Source: Acidobacteriota bacterium | GTDB taxonomy: Bacteria; Acidobacteriota; Thermoanaerobaculia; Thermoanaerobaculales; Sulfomarinibacteraceae | NCBI GenBank assembly: GCA_022340775.1 | Contig: JAJDNH010000073.1 | Coordinates: forward strand, 12,519 to 76,518 | DNA: 64,000 nucleotides | Direction of reading: 5' to 3' | Part shown: piece by piece, positions 43,864 through 55,091 of the stretch | Position numbering within the stretch: the first letter of the stretch is position 1 | Layout of the letters: each line of letters begins with the position of its first letter | The notes under the pieces: model-generated | What the model was told of the DNA's origin: nothing | What the model saw: the letters and a program-made list of their open reading frames with translations, nothing else | The model's database searches: none | Program-made: the position numbers and the translations under genes

Positions 43864-44795
43864 ACGAAAGCCAGACCAAGTCGGTGTTCGCACTCGAGTG
43901 CGGGGGCGTCAGGTACCCGCTCTGCGAGGGTGAACACCTCGTTGGACGATCTGCGGAGTGCTCGATCCAGCTGCCTCAGGTGACGGTCTCCAGACGCCAC
44001 CTGATGATTCAGGTTTCAGGAGAGGGTGTGGTCATCGTTGACCTGGGCTCGCACAATGGAACCTGGCTCAACCGCAGGCGGCTCCGCCCTGGCGAGGCCG
44101 CCAAAGTGAGCTTCTCAGACCAGATCTACTTGCCGGCCGTGGCGCTCCGAATCTGTCCCATGGAGCGCATCAGCACGGCCAACTCGCTCGCCGTTACCGG
44201 AAGCGGCGACGTACTGACGCCGACCTCATCCGGCAGCTACGCTGCCTGTTTGCCTGCAGGCTCGATCGTCCGCCTCGGTGCGACCCTGGTAGACATGCTC
44301 CTTTTCACTCTCCTGAGCGGCGTCATCGCCGTCCCCCTACTTCTCCGCCTACCAATATCCGTGCAACACGTCCTCAGCCTTGACGGCTTGACGGCCCTGG
44401 CCGGGGACGGCTCATGGCTCCGGCTCGCTCTCGCGTGCCTTATCCTCTGGGTTGCGGTGTGGTGGGCCTACTTCGTCGTCGGGTGGGGTCTATTGGGAGC
44501 CACGCCCGGTCAGTGGCTGTTCGGTCTCCGTGTCGTCGATCACCGCGGTCGCTACCCAATCGGCCCCGCGAGAGCTGCGTTGAGGCTCGTTGCCTACTCG
44601 ATCAGCTCGCTACCGCTGTGCGGCGGCCACCTTCTGGTGCTCTTCCGCGGTGACTGCCGTGCCCTGCACGACGTTCTCGCAGGCACCCGGGTCATCTCAC
44701 GTCGGCTCAGGGCAAGCGCCGCACCGGAACCTGCAGCGCAAACTGCGGCTAGTGCCGACATCACGGTAGTCGAGGGACATCTGGAAGCGAGGTGA
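43860..44795 (+). CDS. FHA domain - RDD domain fusion membrane protein
   Basis: FHA: VGRS, VSRRH, DLGSHNGTW; RDD: RLGATLVD, ATPGQWLFGLRVV, ALHDVLAGTRVI; GTGA overlap with upstream gene. Confidence 0.85.
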   Translation: MNESQTKSVFALECGGVRYPLCEGEHLVGRSAECSIQLPQVTVSRRHLMIQVSGEGVVIVDLGSHNGTWLNRRRLRPGEAAKVSFSDQIYLPAVALRICPMERISTANSLAVTGSGDVLTPTSSGSYAACLPAGSIVRLGATLVDMLLFTLLSGVIAVPLLLRLPISVQHVLSLDGLTALAGDGSWLRLALACLILWVAVWWAYFVVGWGLLGATPGQWLFGLRVVDHRGRYPIGPARAALRLVAYSISSLPLCGGHLLVLFRGDCRALHDVLAGTRVISRRLRASAAPEPAAQTAASADITVVEGHLEAR

Positions 44796-44890
44796 CATAG
44801 TCACCCCGTTCACCTCGGTTGTTGCTCCCGACCGTATCAGCCCTACTGTCTGTGGCCGCTCCATCGCCGACCGGTTGGCCTCAAGCACCC

Positions 44891-44920
44891 CCGGGGACGG
44901 CCGGGGACGGCCGGGGACGG
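44891..44920. repeat. Tandem repeat, 3 x CCGGGGACGG
   Basis: Three exact 10-bp copies in the intergenic gap. Confidence 0.9.
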
Positions 44921-45021
44921 GTGAGATGATCCCTCGACCGAGTCGTGATTGCCGCCATGGGCAGCCGAGACACCCCCTGGGTTAAGGGCAGAAGACGTCA
45001 ACTCCGGACAGATGATGCGGG

Positions 45022-45540
45022 TTAGTCGACTCGTAAGGTGAGGGTACTCAGGGGAAGGCGGCACCGCTGGGACGGCCCCCGCCGGGCTCTCCCGACCGGT
45101 AGCAGCGCCACAGGGCGCCAGCCCCGTTGGAGGCCCAGCGCTTTGGCTACATCGCGTTCGCGGAAGGCACCGACCCAGCAGCTACCCAAACCGTGGAGGG
45201 TCGCAGAGAGCAGCATGTTCTCGGCCGCCGCAGCGGCATCCTGGATGCAGTAGAGCTCCCGCCCACGCTCGCCGTACTGTCGCGCAGAGACCTCCGGCAG
45301 CGCGCAGACGACGAAGATGACCGGCGCTTCGGCCAGGAACCGTTGTCCGAAGGCTGCCTCCGCCAGTCGTTCCCGAGCTTCCCGCCGAGTGACCACGACA
45401 AAACGCGTCGCCTGTACGTTCCCGGCGCTGGGTGCCCACCTCGCTGCATCCAACAACGCGTCGATGACCGGCGCCGGTACGGGCTCGGGACCAAACTCCC
45501 GGCAGGAGAACCTGGTTTGGAAGAGCGCGTTGTCAGGCAC
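45022..45540 (-). CDS. Nitroreductase family protein
   Basis: TRFSCREF, AARWAPSAGNVQ, QDAAAAAENMLLSA...GLGSCWVGAF. Confidence 0.9.
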   Translation of the reverse strand: MPDNALFQTRFSCREFGPEPVPAPVIDALLDAARWAPSAGNVQATRFVVVTRREARERLAEAAFGQRFLAEAPVIFVVCALPEVSARQYGERGRELYCIQDAAAAAENMLLSATLHGLGSCWVGAFRERDVAKALGLQRGWRPVALLPVGRARRGPSQRCRLPLSTLTLRVD

Positions 45541-46276
45541 GGGATGTGTTCCCCGTCGGGCTGCCGGAGGGGGACGGCGACGGAACCTGCCGCGCGAGGT
45601 AAGCCGCCAGGCGCTGCTCGCCATCGTCCTCGAGCGCAATGAACTGAACCGCGAAACCCAGCACCCTTTCCTTGAACGGCTCCGATGTCCGCACCACACG
45701 AGCCCTTGCCGCAACCGGCCGGTCTTCACCGGGCAGGCGGAACGTAACGCGCACATCCGAACCCGCGCGGAAAGCGCCGGGGCCTTCCAGAAGCATGCCA
45801 GAAGACGACACGTTAACCGCTCGACACACATCCTCGCCCAGCTCTTCACCGAGGTCGACGTCGACGTGAACGAAACTGCGGAGGGCGATGCGCGGCGCGA
45901 CCTCCAACAGGTCGGAGAATGCCTTCCACAGCCGTGCCCCGGTCCACTCGACTGAGATCGCACGGTTGGCGCCGCGATCCACATGGCGCGTGGCCGCATC
46001 CAGGTTGTCGGAGCTAGCCAGCAGCAGCACGCCCGATGCGCGACAGGACGACCCTTCGGCCCGGACCGCATCGAGCAACACCTCGACCGACACATCATCG
46101 AGCGGGAACGTCACGACAATGAGATCGAATGGGGTGTCACGAACCAGCTCCGCGACTGTGCCACACGCCGACGCCGTAAGAACCTGGAACTCCTCTCGAT
46201 GCAGCATCGGCGCCACCCTCTCGACCGCCTCGCGGGAGGCGCCAACCAGGAGCACGTGGCGTCGCGGCATCACCAT
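45533..46276 (-). CDS. Pseudo-receiver domain plus PilZ domain protein
   Basis: N-terminal receiver-like fold lacking acidic residues (LLVGAS, FDLIVVT); PilZ motifs RIALR (RxxxR) and NVSSSG (D/NxSxxG). Confidence 0.75.
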   Translation of the reverse strand: MVMPRRHVLLVGASREAVERVAPMLHREEFQVLTASACGTVAELVRDTPFDLIVVTFPLDDVSVEVLLDAVRAEGSSCRASGVLLLASSDNLDAATRHVDRGANRAISVEWTGARLWKAFSDLLEVAPRIALRSFVHVDVDLGEELGEDVCRAVNVSSSGMLLEGPGAFRAGSDVRVTFRLPGEDRPVAARARVVRTSEPFKERVLGFAVQFIALEDDGEQRLAAYLARQVPSPSPSGSPTGNTSRA

Positions 46277-46282
46277 CACCTG

Positions 46283-46288
46283 ATAGTA
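46283..46288 (-). promoter_or_regulatory. Putative -10 hexamer TACTAT, 6 nt before ATG 46276 (leaderless)
   Basis: Minus strand TACTAT-caggtg-ATG. Confidence 0.5.
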
Positions 46289-46585
46289 CCGTGATCCTGT
46301 CCGGGTTGACAGGTTGATTTTTGAATACGACTCCGATACCATCCATCAGAGTTTGTCGTCACGTCAGGGAGGAGGCACTTCGCCGCGTGCGTGCACTGCA
46401 CCATCTGATACTGTTGCTCGTGTCGAAACAGGTTGGCCCGCACTCTCCTGGGTGGGAGAATCAACACCAAGGCATCATGACGCTCCCGGGCTGGAAGGCC
46501 ATGGGTAGCGTTTGATTTTCATGTCCCCCGTCGTGGGGAGCCCCGGCTCCCGACGACCCATTTCATCTGTCCCCTTTTCGCTTTT

Positions 46586-46613
46586 CCGGGCCGCCCGGCC
46601 CGGGATTTTTTTT
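46586..46613 (+). terminator. Intrinsic (Rho-independent) terminator upstream of lepB
   Basis: CCGGGCC-gccc-GGCCCGG followed by GA and T8. Confidence 0.7.
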
Positions 46614-46675
46614 GCTCTCCAGAAGGAGCTGTGCAACCCGATTCTCCCTGAGACGTATCCTGAACGGGAGGCTCG

Positions 46676-47359
46676 ATGGGCGGTCTGGCTCGGAGGATCT
46701 GGAAGGAGTGGTTGAGAGGCCTCGTGGTGGTACTGGCCGTCACCGGTTGCATCCGATCGGCGGTCGCGGACTGGAACGACGTGCCAACCGGTTCCATGAA
46801 GCCCACAATCCTCGAAGGAGATCGAATTGTAGTCAACAAGCTGGCCTACGATCTGCGCGCGCCTCTGGTCGGCTGGCGTCTCCTTTCCTGGGCTGACCCG
46901 GAGCGTGGGGACATCGTCATCCTCAGGTCACCCGCCGATGGCAAGCGGCTCGTGAAACGAGTCATCGGTGTGCCAGGCGACCGCCTGGCCATGGTGGGTG
47001 ACCGCTTGCTCGTCAACAACACACCCGTCACACTCCAGAGAAAAGGCGTCCTTTGGGACAAGGGACGGTTCGGGAACGTACAGAGGCGCCTCATCGCGAT
47101 CGAGGTGTTGGGGCGAACCAGACACACGATCATGATCACACCCCAAATCCCGGCGTCGCGGTCGTTTCCTCCTACGGCGATTCCGTCCGGTCGGTACTTC
47201 GTCATGGGCGACAACCGCGATGAGAGCGCCGACTCCAGGTGGTTCGGCCTGGTTGCTCGTGAGGACATCCTCGGCCGCGCCTTCGCGGTGGCTGGATCCG
47301 TCGACCTCCAGCACAAGTGGCGCCCTCGCTGGGACCGGTTCTTCACCGGCCTCGACTGA
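46676..47359 (+). CDS. lepB: Signal peptidase I
   Basis: VPTGSMKPTILEGD, LVKRVIGVPGD, YFVMGDNRDESADSRWFG. Confidence 0.95.
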   Translation: MGGLARRIWKEWLRGLVVVLAVTGCIRSAVADWNDVPTGSMKPTILEGDRIVVNKLAYDLRAPLVGWRLLSWADPERGDIVILRSPADGKRLVKRVIGVPGDRLAMVGDRLLVNNTPVTLQRKGVLWDKGRFGNVQRRLIAIEVLGRTRHTIMITPQIPASRSFPPTAIPSGRYFVMGDNRDESADSRWFGLVAREDILGRAFAVAGSVDLQHKWRPRWDRFFTGLD

Positions 47360-47590
47360 CAGGCTCATCCTGCCGACTCGGGTCACCTTACTGGGCGGCA
47401 ACGATCAACTCACATCCGCCTTGAACGTCAGCTTCCGGCTGTGGTGGCGACCGAATGCCGCGCCGACGTCGCAGCCCCTTAGCCGCATTTGAAAGAACCT
47501 CAGCAGCACCAGGGAGAATGAACTGTGTCTCGTTCCCTGTTGTAGGATCAACGAGCCGGGTCACGGCATGGCCCGCGATCGAGGTGAAAC

Positions 47591-50269
<2,679 letters not shown>

Positions 50270-50279
50270 GGAGGCAGGT

Positions 50280-51602
50280 ATGCCAACACCCGTGAAGCTC
50301 CCCGCCCTCGGCGAGAACATAGACTCTGCAGACGTGGTCAACGTTCTCGTCGCGCCCGGTGAAACCGTGGCCAAGGACCAACCGCTGCTCGAGGTCGAGA
50401 CCGGGAAGGCGTCGGTGGAGATCCCGTCTCCGGCGAGCGGAGTCGTCAAGGACGTGCTCGCCAAGACTGGAGACACAGTCGCAGTAGGCGGGACGATCCT
50501 GACCCTGGAAGGTGCGGACAACACCGCTGCCGCATCCGCCCCTCCCGCCACAGATTCGACGGACGAGCCGGCTGCCGCAGGAAACAACGCGGACAGGATC
50601 CTGCCGGCGGCACAGCCACAACCTACGTCCTCAGCGGCGGCCAAGCCGCTGCTAGCGGCTGAGGCGCAACCCCGTCTCTCGGAAGTGCCCGAGCCTGGCC
50701 CCTCCGGCCGCAGGTTGGTTCCAGCGGCGCCCACGGTACGGCGCTTCGCACGCCAGGTGGGAGTGGAGATCACCGAAGTTCGCGGTAGCGGCCCGGGGGG
50801 CAGAATCTCGATCGACGATGTCAAGGCTCATGCCAAACGCCTGCTCTCCGCCCCAGCGGGAAGCCGTGAACCCGCAAGGGAGCTGCCCGACTTCACGCGC
50901 TGGGGAGACGTCGAGCTCCAGCCCATGAGCTCGATCAGGAAGCTGACGGCCCAGGCCATGGCCTATTCCTGGGCCAACGTGCCACAGGTCACTCACCACG
51001 ACCTCGCCGACATCACGCGTCTGGAGGAGCTGCGCCAGCGGTATGGCCCTCGTGTCGAGGCGGCCGGCGGCAAGCTGACGATGACTGCGATCCTGGTCAA
51101 GGTTGTCGCTTCGGCCCTTGCCGTCTTCCCGAAGTTCAATGCCAGCGTCGACGTGGCGGCGCAACGGATCATTCGCAAGCTCTACATCAACGTGGGCGTG
51201 GCGGTTGACACCGACCGCGGCCTTCTGGTGCCCGTGATCAAGAACGCCGGAACCAAATCCATTGCCACAATCGCCGCCGAGCTGGTCGAGCTCGCCACCC
51301 GGGCGCGGGAGCGCAAGCTCAGCGCCGACGAGCTACAAGGGGCAACGTTTTCGGTCTCGAACCTCGGCGGCATCGGAGGAACCGGTTTCGATCCGATCGT
51401 CAACTGGCCCGAGGCTGCAGTGCTCGGCGTCTCCCGTGCCCAGATGCAACCGGTGTGGAATAGCGAGAGCTTCCAGCCGCGGCTTCTCTTGCCGCTCTGT
51501 GTCACGTACGACCACCGCCTCATCGATGGCGCCGACGCTGCTCGTTTCCTGCACTGGGTCTGTGAGGCACTCGAGGAGCCCATTCTTCTCTCACTGGAGT
51601 AA
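50280..51602 (+). CDS. aceF: Dihydrolipoamide acetyltransferase E2 (one lipoyl domain)
   Basis: Lipoyl domain LEVETGKA, E3-binding AAPTVRRFARQVGV, catalytic TYDHRLIDGA; GAGG SD. Confidence 0.93.
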   Translation: MPTPVKLPALGENIDSADVVNVLVAPGETVAKDQPLLEVETGKASVEIPSPASGVVKDVLAKTGDTVAVGGTILTLEGADNTAAASAPPATDSTDEPAAAGNNADRILPAAQPQPTSSAAAKPLLAAEAQPRLSEVPEPGPSGRRLVPAAPTVRRFARQVGVEITEVRGSGPGGRISIDDVKAHAKRLLSAPAGSREPARELPDFTRWGDVELQPMSSIRKLTAQAMAYSWANVPQVTHHDLADITRLEELRQRYGPRVEAAGGKLTMTAILVKVVASALAVFPKFNASVDVAAQRIIRKLYINVGVAVDTDRGLLVPVIKNAGTKSIATIAAELVELATRARERKLSADELQGATFSVSNLGGIGGTGFDPIVNWPEAAVLGVSRAQMQPVWNSESFQPRLLLPLCVTYDHRLIDGADAARFLHWVCEALEEPILLSLE

Positions 51603-51727
51603 CGCATCGCGACTCTCGAGCGGTTCGCATCGTCCACCAGCCGCGCTCGCGAGACCGGCAAGGTCTGAGGAACACGGTCAGCCTCTCACATCGCCGGTCA
51701 CTGCGGGCAGCAGGCGGCTGACCCGGA

Positions 51728-52822
51728 CTAGACGATCCGCTCTCGGATCTTGGCCGACACGATGTCCATCAGCCAGACCGTGATCGCGATCAGCAGAACC
51801 AGCGTGCCGACCTCTCCCCACTCTCCGAGGTCGACGCGGGGTTTGAGGATGTAGCCGATACCGCCGCCTCCGACAAAACCGATGATTGTCGACATGCGGA
51901 CGTTGATGTCCCAGCGGTAAATCGTGAACGAGAGGAACGGTGGCATCACCTGGGGTACCACTCCGTACCGCAGGACCTGAAGAGGTCCGGCTCCCGTTGC
52001 AGTGATCGCCTCTACGGGCCCCAGGTCGATGCTCTCGATCTGCTCCGAGTAGAGCTTGGTCAGAGCTGCCACGGAGTGAATCCACAACGCCAGCACCCCG
52101 GCAAAGGGTCCGATACCGACCCACGAGATGAAGATGAGGGCCCAGACCAGCGGCTCAACGGCCCTCGTGAAGTTCATCCCCGCGCGCACCACGGTGTACA
52201 GTCCACGGGCCAGGACGCTGCCCCGAGTCAGGTTGCGGGCGGCAAGAAACGACAGCGCGAATGCGATCGGGATCGCAAAAGCGGTCGCCATGAAGGCCAG
52301 GAACACCGTCTGCACCAGCAGCACGACACCCTGGTGGAGGATCGACATCGAGGGATGTACGAGTCCCCGCACGATGTCCGAGGCCTTCGAGAACTTGGTC
52401 AGGAAGGCGGGCAGGTCAACCTCTGTGATCAGCCATCCAGCGAAAAAGGTGAGCTCGATGAACAGAACGGCAAACCAGCCGCGCAAGGTGCGCGACCACG
52501 GCAGGTCGGCCTCCCATTCCGGGACGCCGCGCACCAATGCCCGTCCCGGCGAGGATCCGATCCAGCGGGAGAACAGGTTCCAGGTGAAGGCGAGCACGAC
52601 GCACGCCGCGGCCATCCAGCCGTAATGCAGGAGATCGAGCGCCTCCTCGGCCGTGAGCAGCAAGCCGGTCGGGCCACGCCGGCCGGAGAAGGCGACGATC
52701 AGAAGCTCGGCCATGAGGCCCGCGGTCGTCAGGAGCAGAGCATCGACGGCCAGGGCCTTGAGCCTGGCGACGCTCTTCTCCAGGTGGCTCACTGTGGTTG
52801 CGGTGCCCGTTTCTCCTGCCAT
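51728..52822 (-). CDS. phnE: Phosphonate/phosphite ABC permease PhnE with N-terminal RDD-like extension
   Basis: NFTRAVEP, KLYSEQIE..D.GPVEAITATGA, WDINVRMSTIIGFVGGGGIG. Confidence 0.88.
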   Translation of the reverse strand: MAGETGTATTVSHLEKSVARLKALAVDALLLTTAGLMAELLIVAFSGRRGPTGLLLTAEEALDLLHYGWMAAACVVLAFTWNLFSRWIGSSPGRALVRGVPEWEADLPWSRTLRGWFAVLFIELTFFAGWLITEVDLPAFLTKFSKASDIVRGLVHPSMSILHQGVVLLVQTVFLAFMATAFAIPIAFALSFLAARNLTRGSVLARGLYTVVRAGMNFTRAVEPLVWALIFISWVGIGPFAGVLALWIHSVAALTKLYSEQIESIDLGPVEAITATGAGPLQVLRYGVVPQVMPPFLSFTIYRWDINVRMSTIIGFVGGGGIGYILKPRVDLGEWGEVGTLVLLIAITVWLMDIVSAKIRERIV

Positions 52823-52829
52823 TCGATCC

Positions 52830-53624
52830 TCAAACGAGCGTGTTGGACGCCGGCTCGGCGTCGGTCCCGTAGATCTCCCGGAAGGTGCCGCGGTCAAAGT
52901 CCCCCGGCGGTCCTTCGTAGACGATATGGCCGTCGCGAAGTGCGGCCAGGCGGGTCGCGTAGCGTTTGACGAGATCGATGTCGTGAAGCGAGCAGATCAC
53001 CGTCAACCCTTCCTCCTTGCTCAGCTGCTCGATCTGACGCATCAGAGAGTGGCGCAGCGCCGGGTCGAGGGAAGCGACCGGTTCGTCCGCAAGGATCACG
53101 CGCGGCCTCTGAACGAGGGCCCGTGCGACGGCGACACGCTGCTGCTGACCGCCCGACAGCGCGTCAGCCCGGCTCGCGCCACGGTCCCTCAGCCCCATCC
53201 GAGCCAGAGCCGCAAGCGCCTGTTCTCGCTCCACTGCCGGGTACCTCAGGAAGAGGCTCGGCAGAAGGGGACTGCGACCGAGGCTGCCGGAGAGTACGTT
53301 CGTCAGGACCGAGTGCCGCTTCACCAGGTTGAACTGCTGGAAGATCATGGCCACCTGTCGCCTCAGCTGGCGCAGCCTGGCCCCCTCGGCGGCCGTCATC
53401 TCATCGTCGAAGATCCACACCCTGCCCAAGGTCGGGTCGACGAGTCGGTTGATGCAGCGCAGCAACGTCGACTTCCCTGATCCTGACAGCCCCAGAACAA
53501 CCAGAAACTCGCCCTCGCGCACCTCGAGGCTGACGTCGGTCAGCGCCTGCACGCCCCCTGGGTACACCTTGCAGACACCTTGGAGGCGAACAGCCACCCT
53601 TCCACCACCGGGCGGTGCGTTCAC
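52830..53624 (-). CDS. phnC: Phosphonate ABC transporter ATP-binding protein
   Basis: GLSGSGKST, MIFQQFNLV, LSGGQQQRV, LADEPVASLDP. Confidence 0.92.
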   Translation of the reverse strand: MNAPPGGGRVAVRLQGVCKVYPGGVQALTDVSLEVREGEFLVVLGLSGSGKSTLLRCINRLVDPTLGRVWIFDDEMTAAEGARLRQLRRQVAMIFQQFNLVKRHSVLTNVLSGSLGRSPLLPSLFLRYPAVEREQALAALARMGLRDRGASRADALSGGQQQRVAVARALVQRPRVILADEPVASLDPALRHSLMRQIEQLSKEEGLTVICSLHDIDLVKRYATRLAALRDGHIVYEGPPGDFDRGTFREIYGTDAEPASNTLV

Positions 53625-55039
53625 GAGCCACTCCCCTTCCCGGCTTTGCGCTTCTTGAGCTTCGCCTCCTCGGCCTCGAGCACCTTGGTTGCGCTAACCC
53701 CGGACTGCCTGAGCGCCTCGCGGAACCGGTCGAAGTCCGAGTCCCCGCACGGTGCCGCCGCCACGCCGGCCACCAGGTCGTGATAGGCCAGCTGGCCCTC
53801 CTCCGTCTTCAGAAAGCGCTGTAGAGAGGTTTCGAACCGCTCCCACGTGCGGCGTGGAAAACCCTTGCGCACACAGCAGACATCGTTGGGAATCGGATCG
53901 GTGAGGGCAATGATCCGCACCTCATCGAGCAGACGCCGCCGTGCCTCGTCATCCGGCAAACGCTTGATGATCAGCCTTCTGGCATCCCCGACCAGCGTAT
54001 GGTCACGGACCTCGCGCTCGCCCGGAGGCGAGTAGAAGGCCGCACCGCCGGCTACTTTGCCGTCGAGGACGGCCTGGACCACGTTCGGGTGGCCGCCCGC
54101 GAAGTAGACGTGACCAAGGTGCACCGAGGCGCGATTGAGAAGGGCGCGGGCAAAGATGTGACCCGAGGTCGAGGTTTCGTCCGAAAAAGCAAACGACCGG
54201 CCGTTGAGATCGGCGAGCGTACGGACACCGGAGTCGGTGCGAGTCAGGATGCACCCGTTGTAGGTCGTGGTCAGCTGGGCAACCGGATCCTCGGTGACGT
54301 CGATAACGCGGGTTTCTCGGAGTGTTCCCGGGCGTTCGGCCTCGAGCTCCTTGCGTCCGTCGCCGATCAGGTCGTGCGGACCCGAGAAGACGTGGCTCGA
54401 GACGGCGGCGTCCACCCGGCCGGGTGACTCCACCATCTGTCGGACTGCCGCAAGGTCGCTGTCGACGGGAACCTCCACCCAGCCTCGGGCCGACCTGTTG
54501 AGCCGCCGCGTGACCTCGCGCCGCAGCTCGGCTTTCAGGTTACGCGGCACGGCGATCCTCCGCCCGGCGAGGCCGGCGAGCGACGTCGGCTCCCCCGGTC
54601 CATCGCGGGTTACGACAATCGCGAACAGGTCGAGGGAACGCACAACTTGCAGACGCGCCTCGGCACCGTAGCGGGCATGAGCCAGGACGTAGGCAAAGGC
54701 TGGGATCCATGCCACATCGGCCTGTCCGGTTCCGAGCGCCTGGATCACCGCTGCATAGCTGGTCGGCACCTCCGAGCGGAGCATCAGGCCGCAGTCGGAG
54801 CGAATGAAACGCGCCAGCTCGTCACCCCTCCGGACCAGGGTCCCCTGCTCCACTGACGGCACGAAGAGCATTCGGATCATCCCACTGTTCGCGTCCTCCA
54901 GACGCGAACGGTGGTGCAGACCGGCCAGAAACAGGACAAGGAGGAGGGCCGCGACGGCCCAGCCGATCCGGGACAACCACAGCCCGCGATGCGGGCGCGG
55001 ACTTGTCGGTTCTTCGGGTTGCGGGGTTGATGACCTCAT
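53621..55039 (-). CDS. phnD: PhnD/PtxB-like substrate-binding protein with internally duplicated second lobe
   Basis: MLFVPS, PTSYAAVIQAL, TSTSGH, AGGHPNVV, DPIPND; 472 aa with N-terminal TM anchor. Confidence 0.8.
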   Translation of the reverse strand: MRSSTPQPEEPTSPRPHRGLWLSRIGWAVAALLLVLFLAGLHHRSRLEDANSGMIRMLFVPSVEQGTLVRRGDELARFIRSDCGLMLRSEVPTSYAAVIQALGTGQADVAWIPAFAYVLAHARYGAEARLQVVRSLDLFAIVVTRDGPGEPTSLAGLAGRRIAVPRNLKAELRREVTRRLNRSARGWVEVPVDSDLAAVRQMVESPGRVDAAVSSHVFSGPHDLIGDGRKELEAERPGTLRETRVIDVTEDPVAQLTTTYNGCILTRTDSGVRTLADLNGRSFAFSDETSTSGHIFARALLNRASVHLGHVYFAGGHPNVVQAVLDGKVAGGAAFYSPPGEREVRDHTLVGDARRLIIKRLPDDEARRRLLDEVRIIALTDPIPNDVCCVRKGFPRRTWERFETSLQRFLKTEEGQLAYHDLVAGVAAAPCGDSDFDRFREALRQSGVSATKVLEAEEAKLKKRKAGKGSGS

Positions 55040-55091
55040 CTCACCGCCGGGGAGAGTAGCACACGCCAGCGAGCAGTTCGGAACGACCGGC

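Noticed and set aside
46483-46495. Minus-strand AGCCCGGGAG resembling the guanidine-I (ykkC) 3' hairpin
   Set aside because: Upstream CTAGGGTTCCG and GGTCCGAG blocks are missing
46625-46640. GGAGCTGTGCAACC resembling the c-di-GMP-II 3' end
   Set aside because: No matching 5' half (GGAAAC/GAA, GGGCAC) and spacing is wrong
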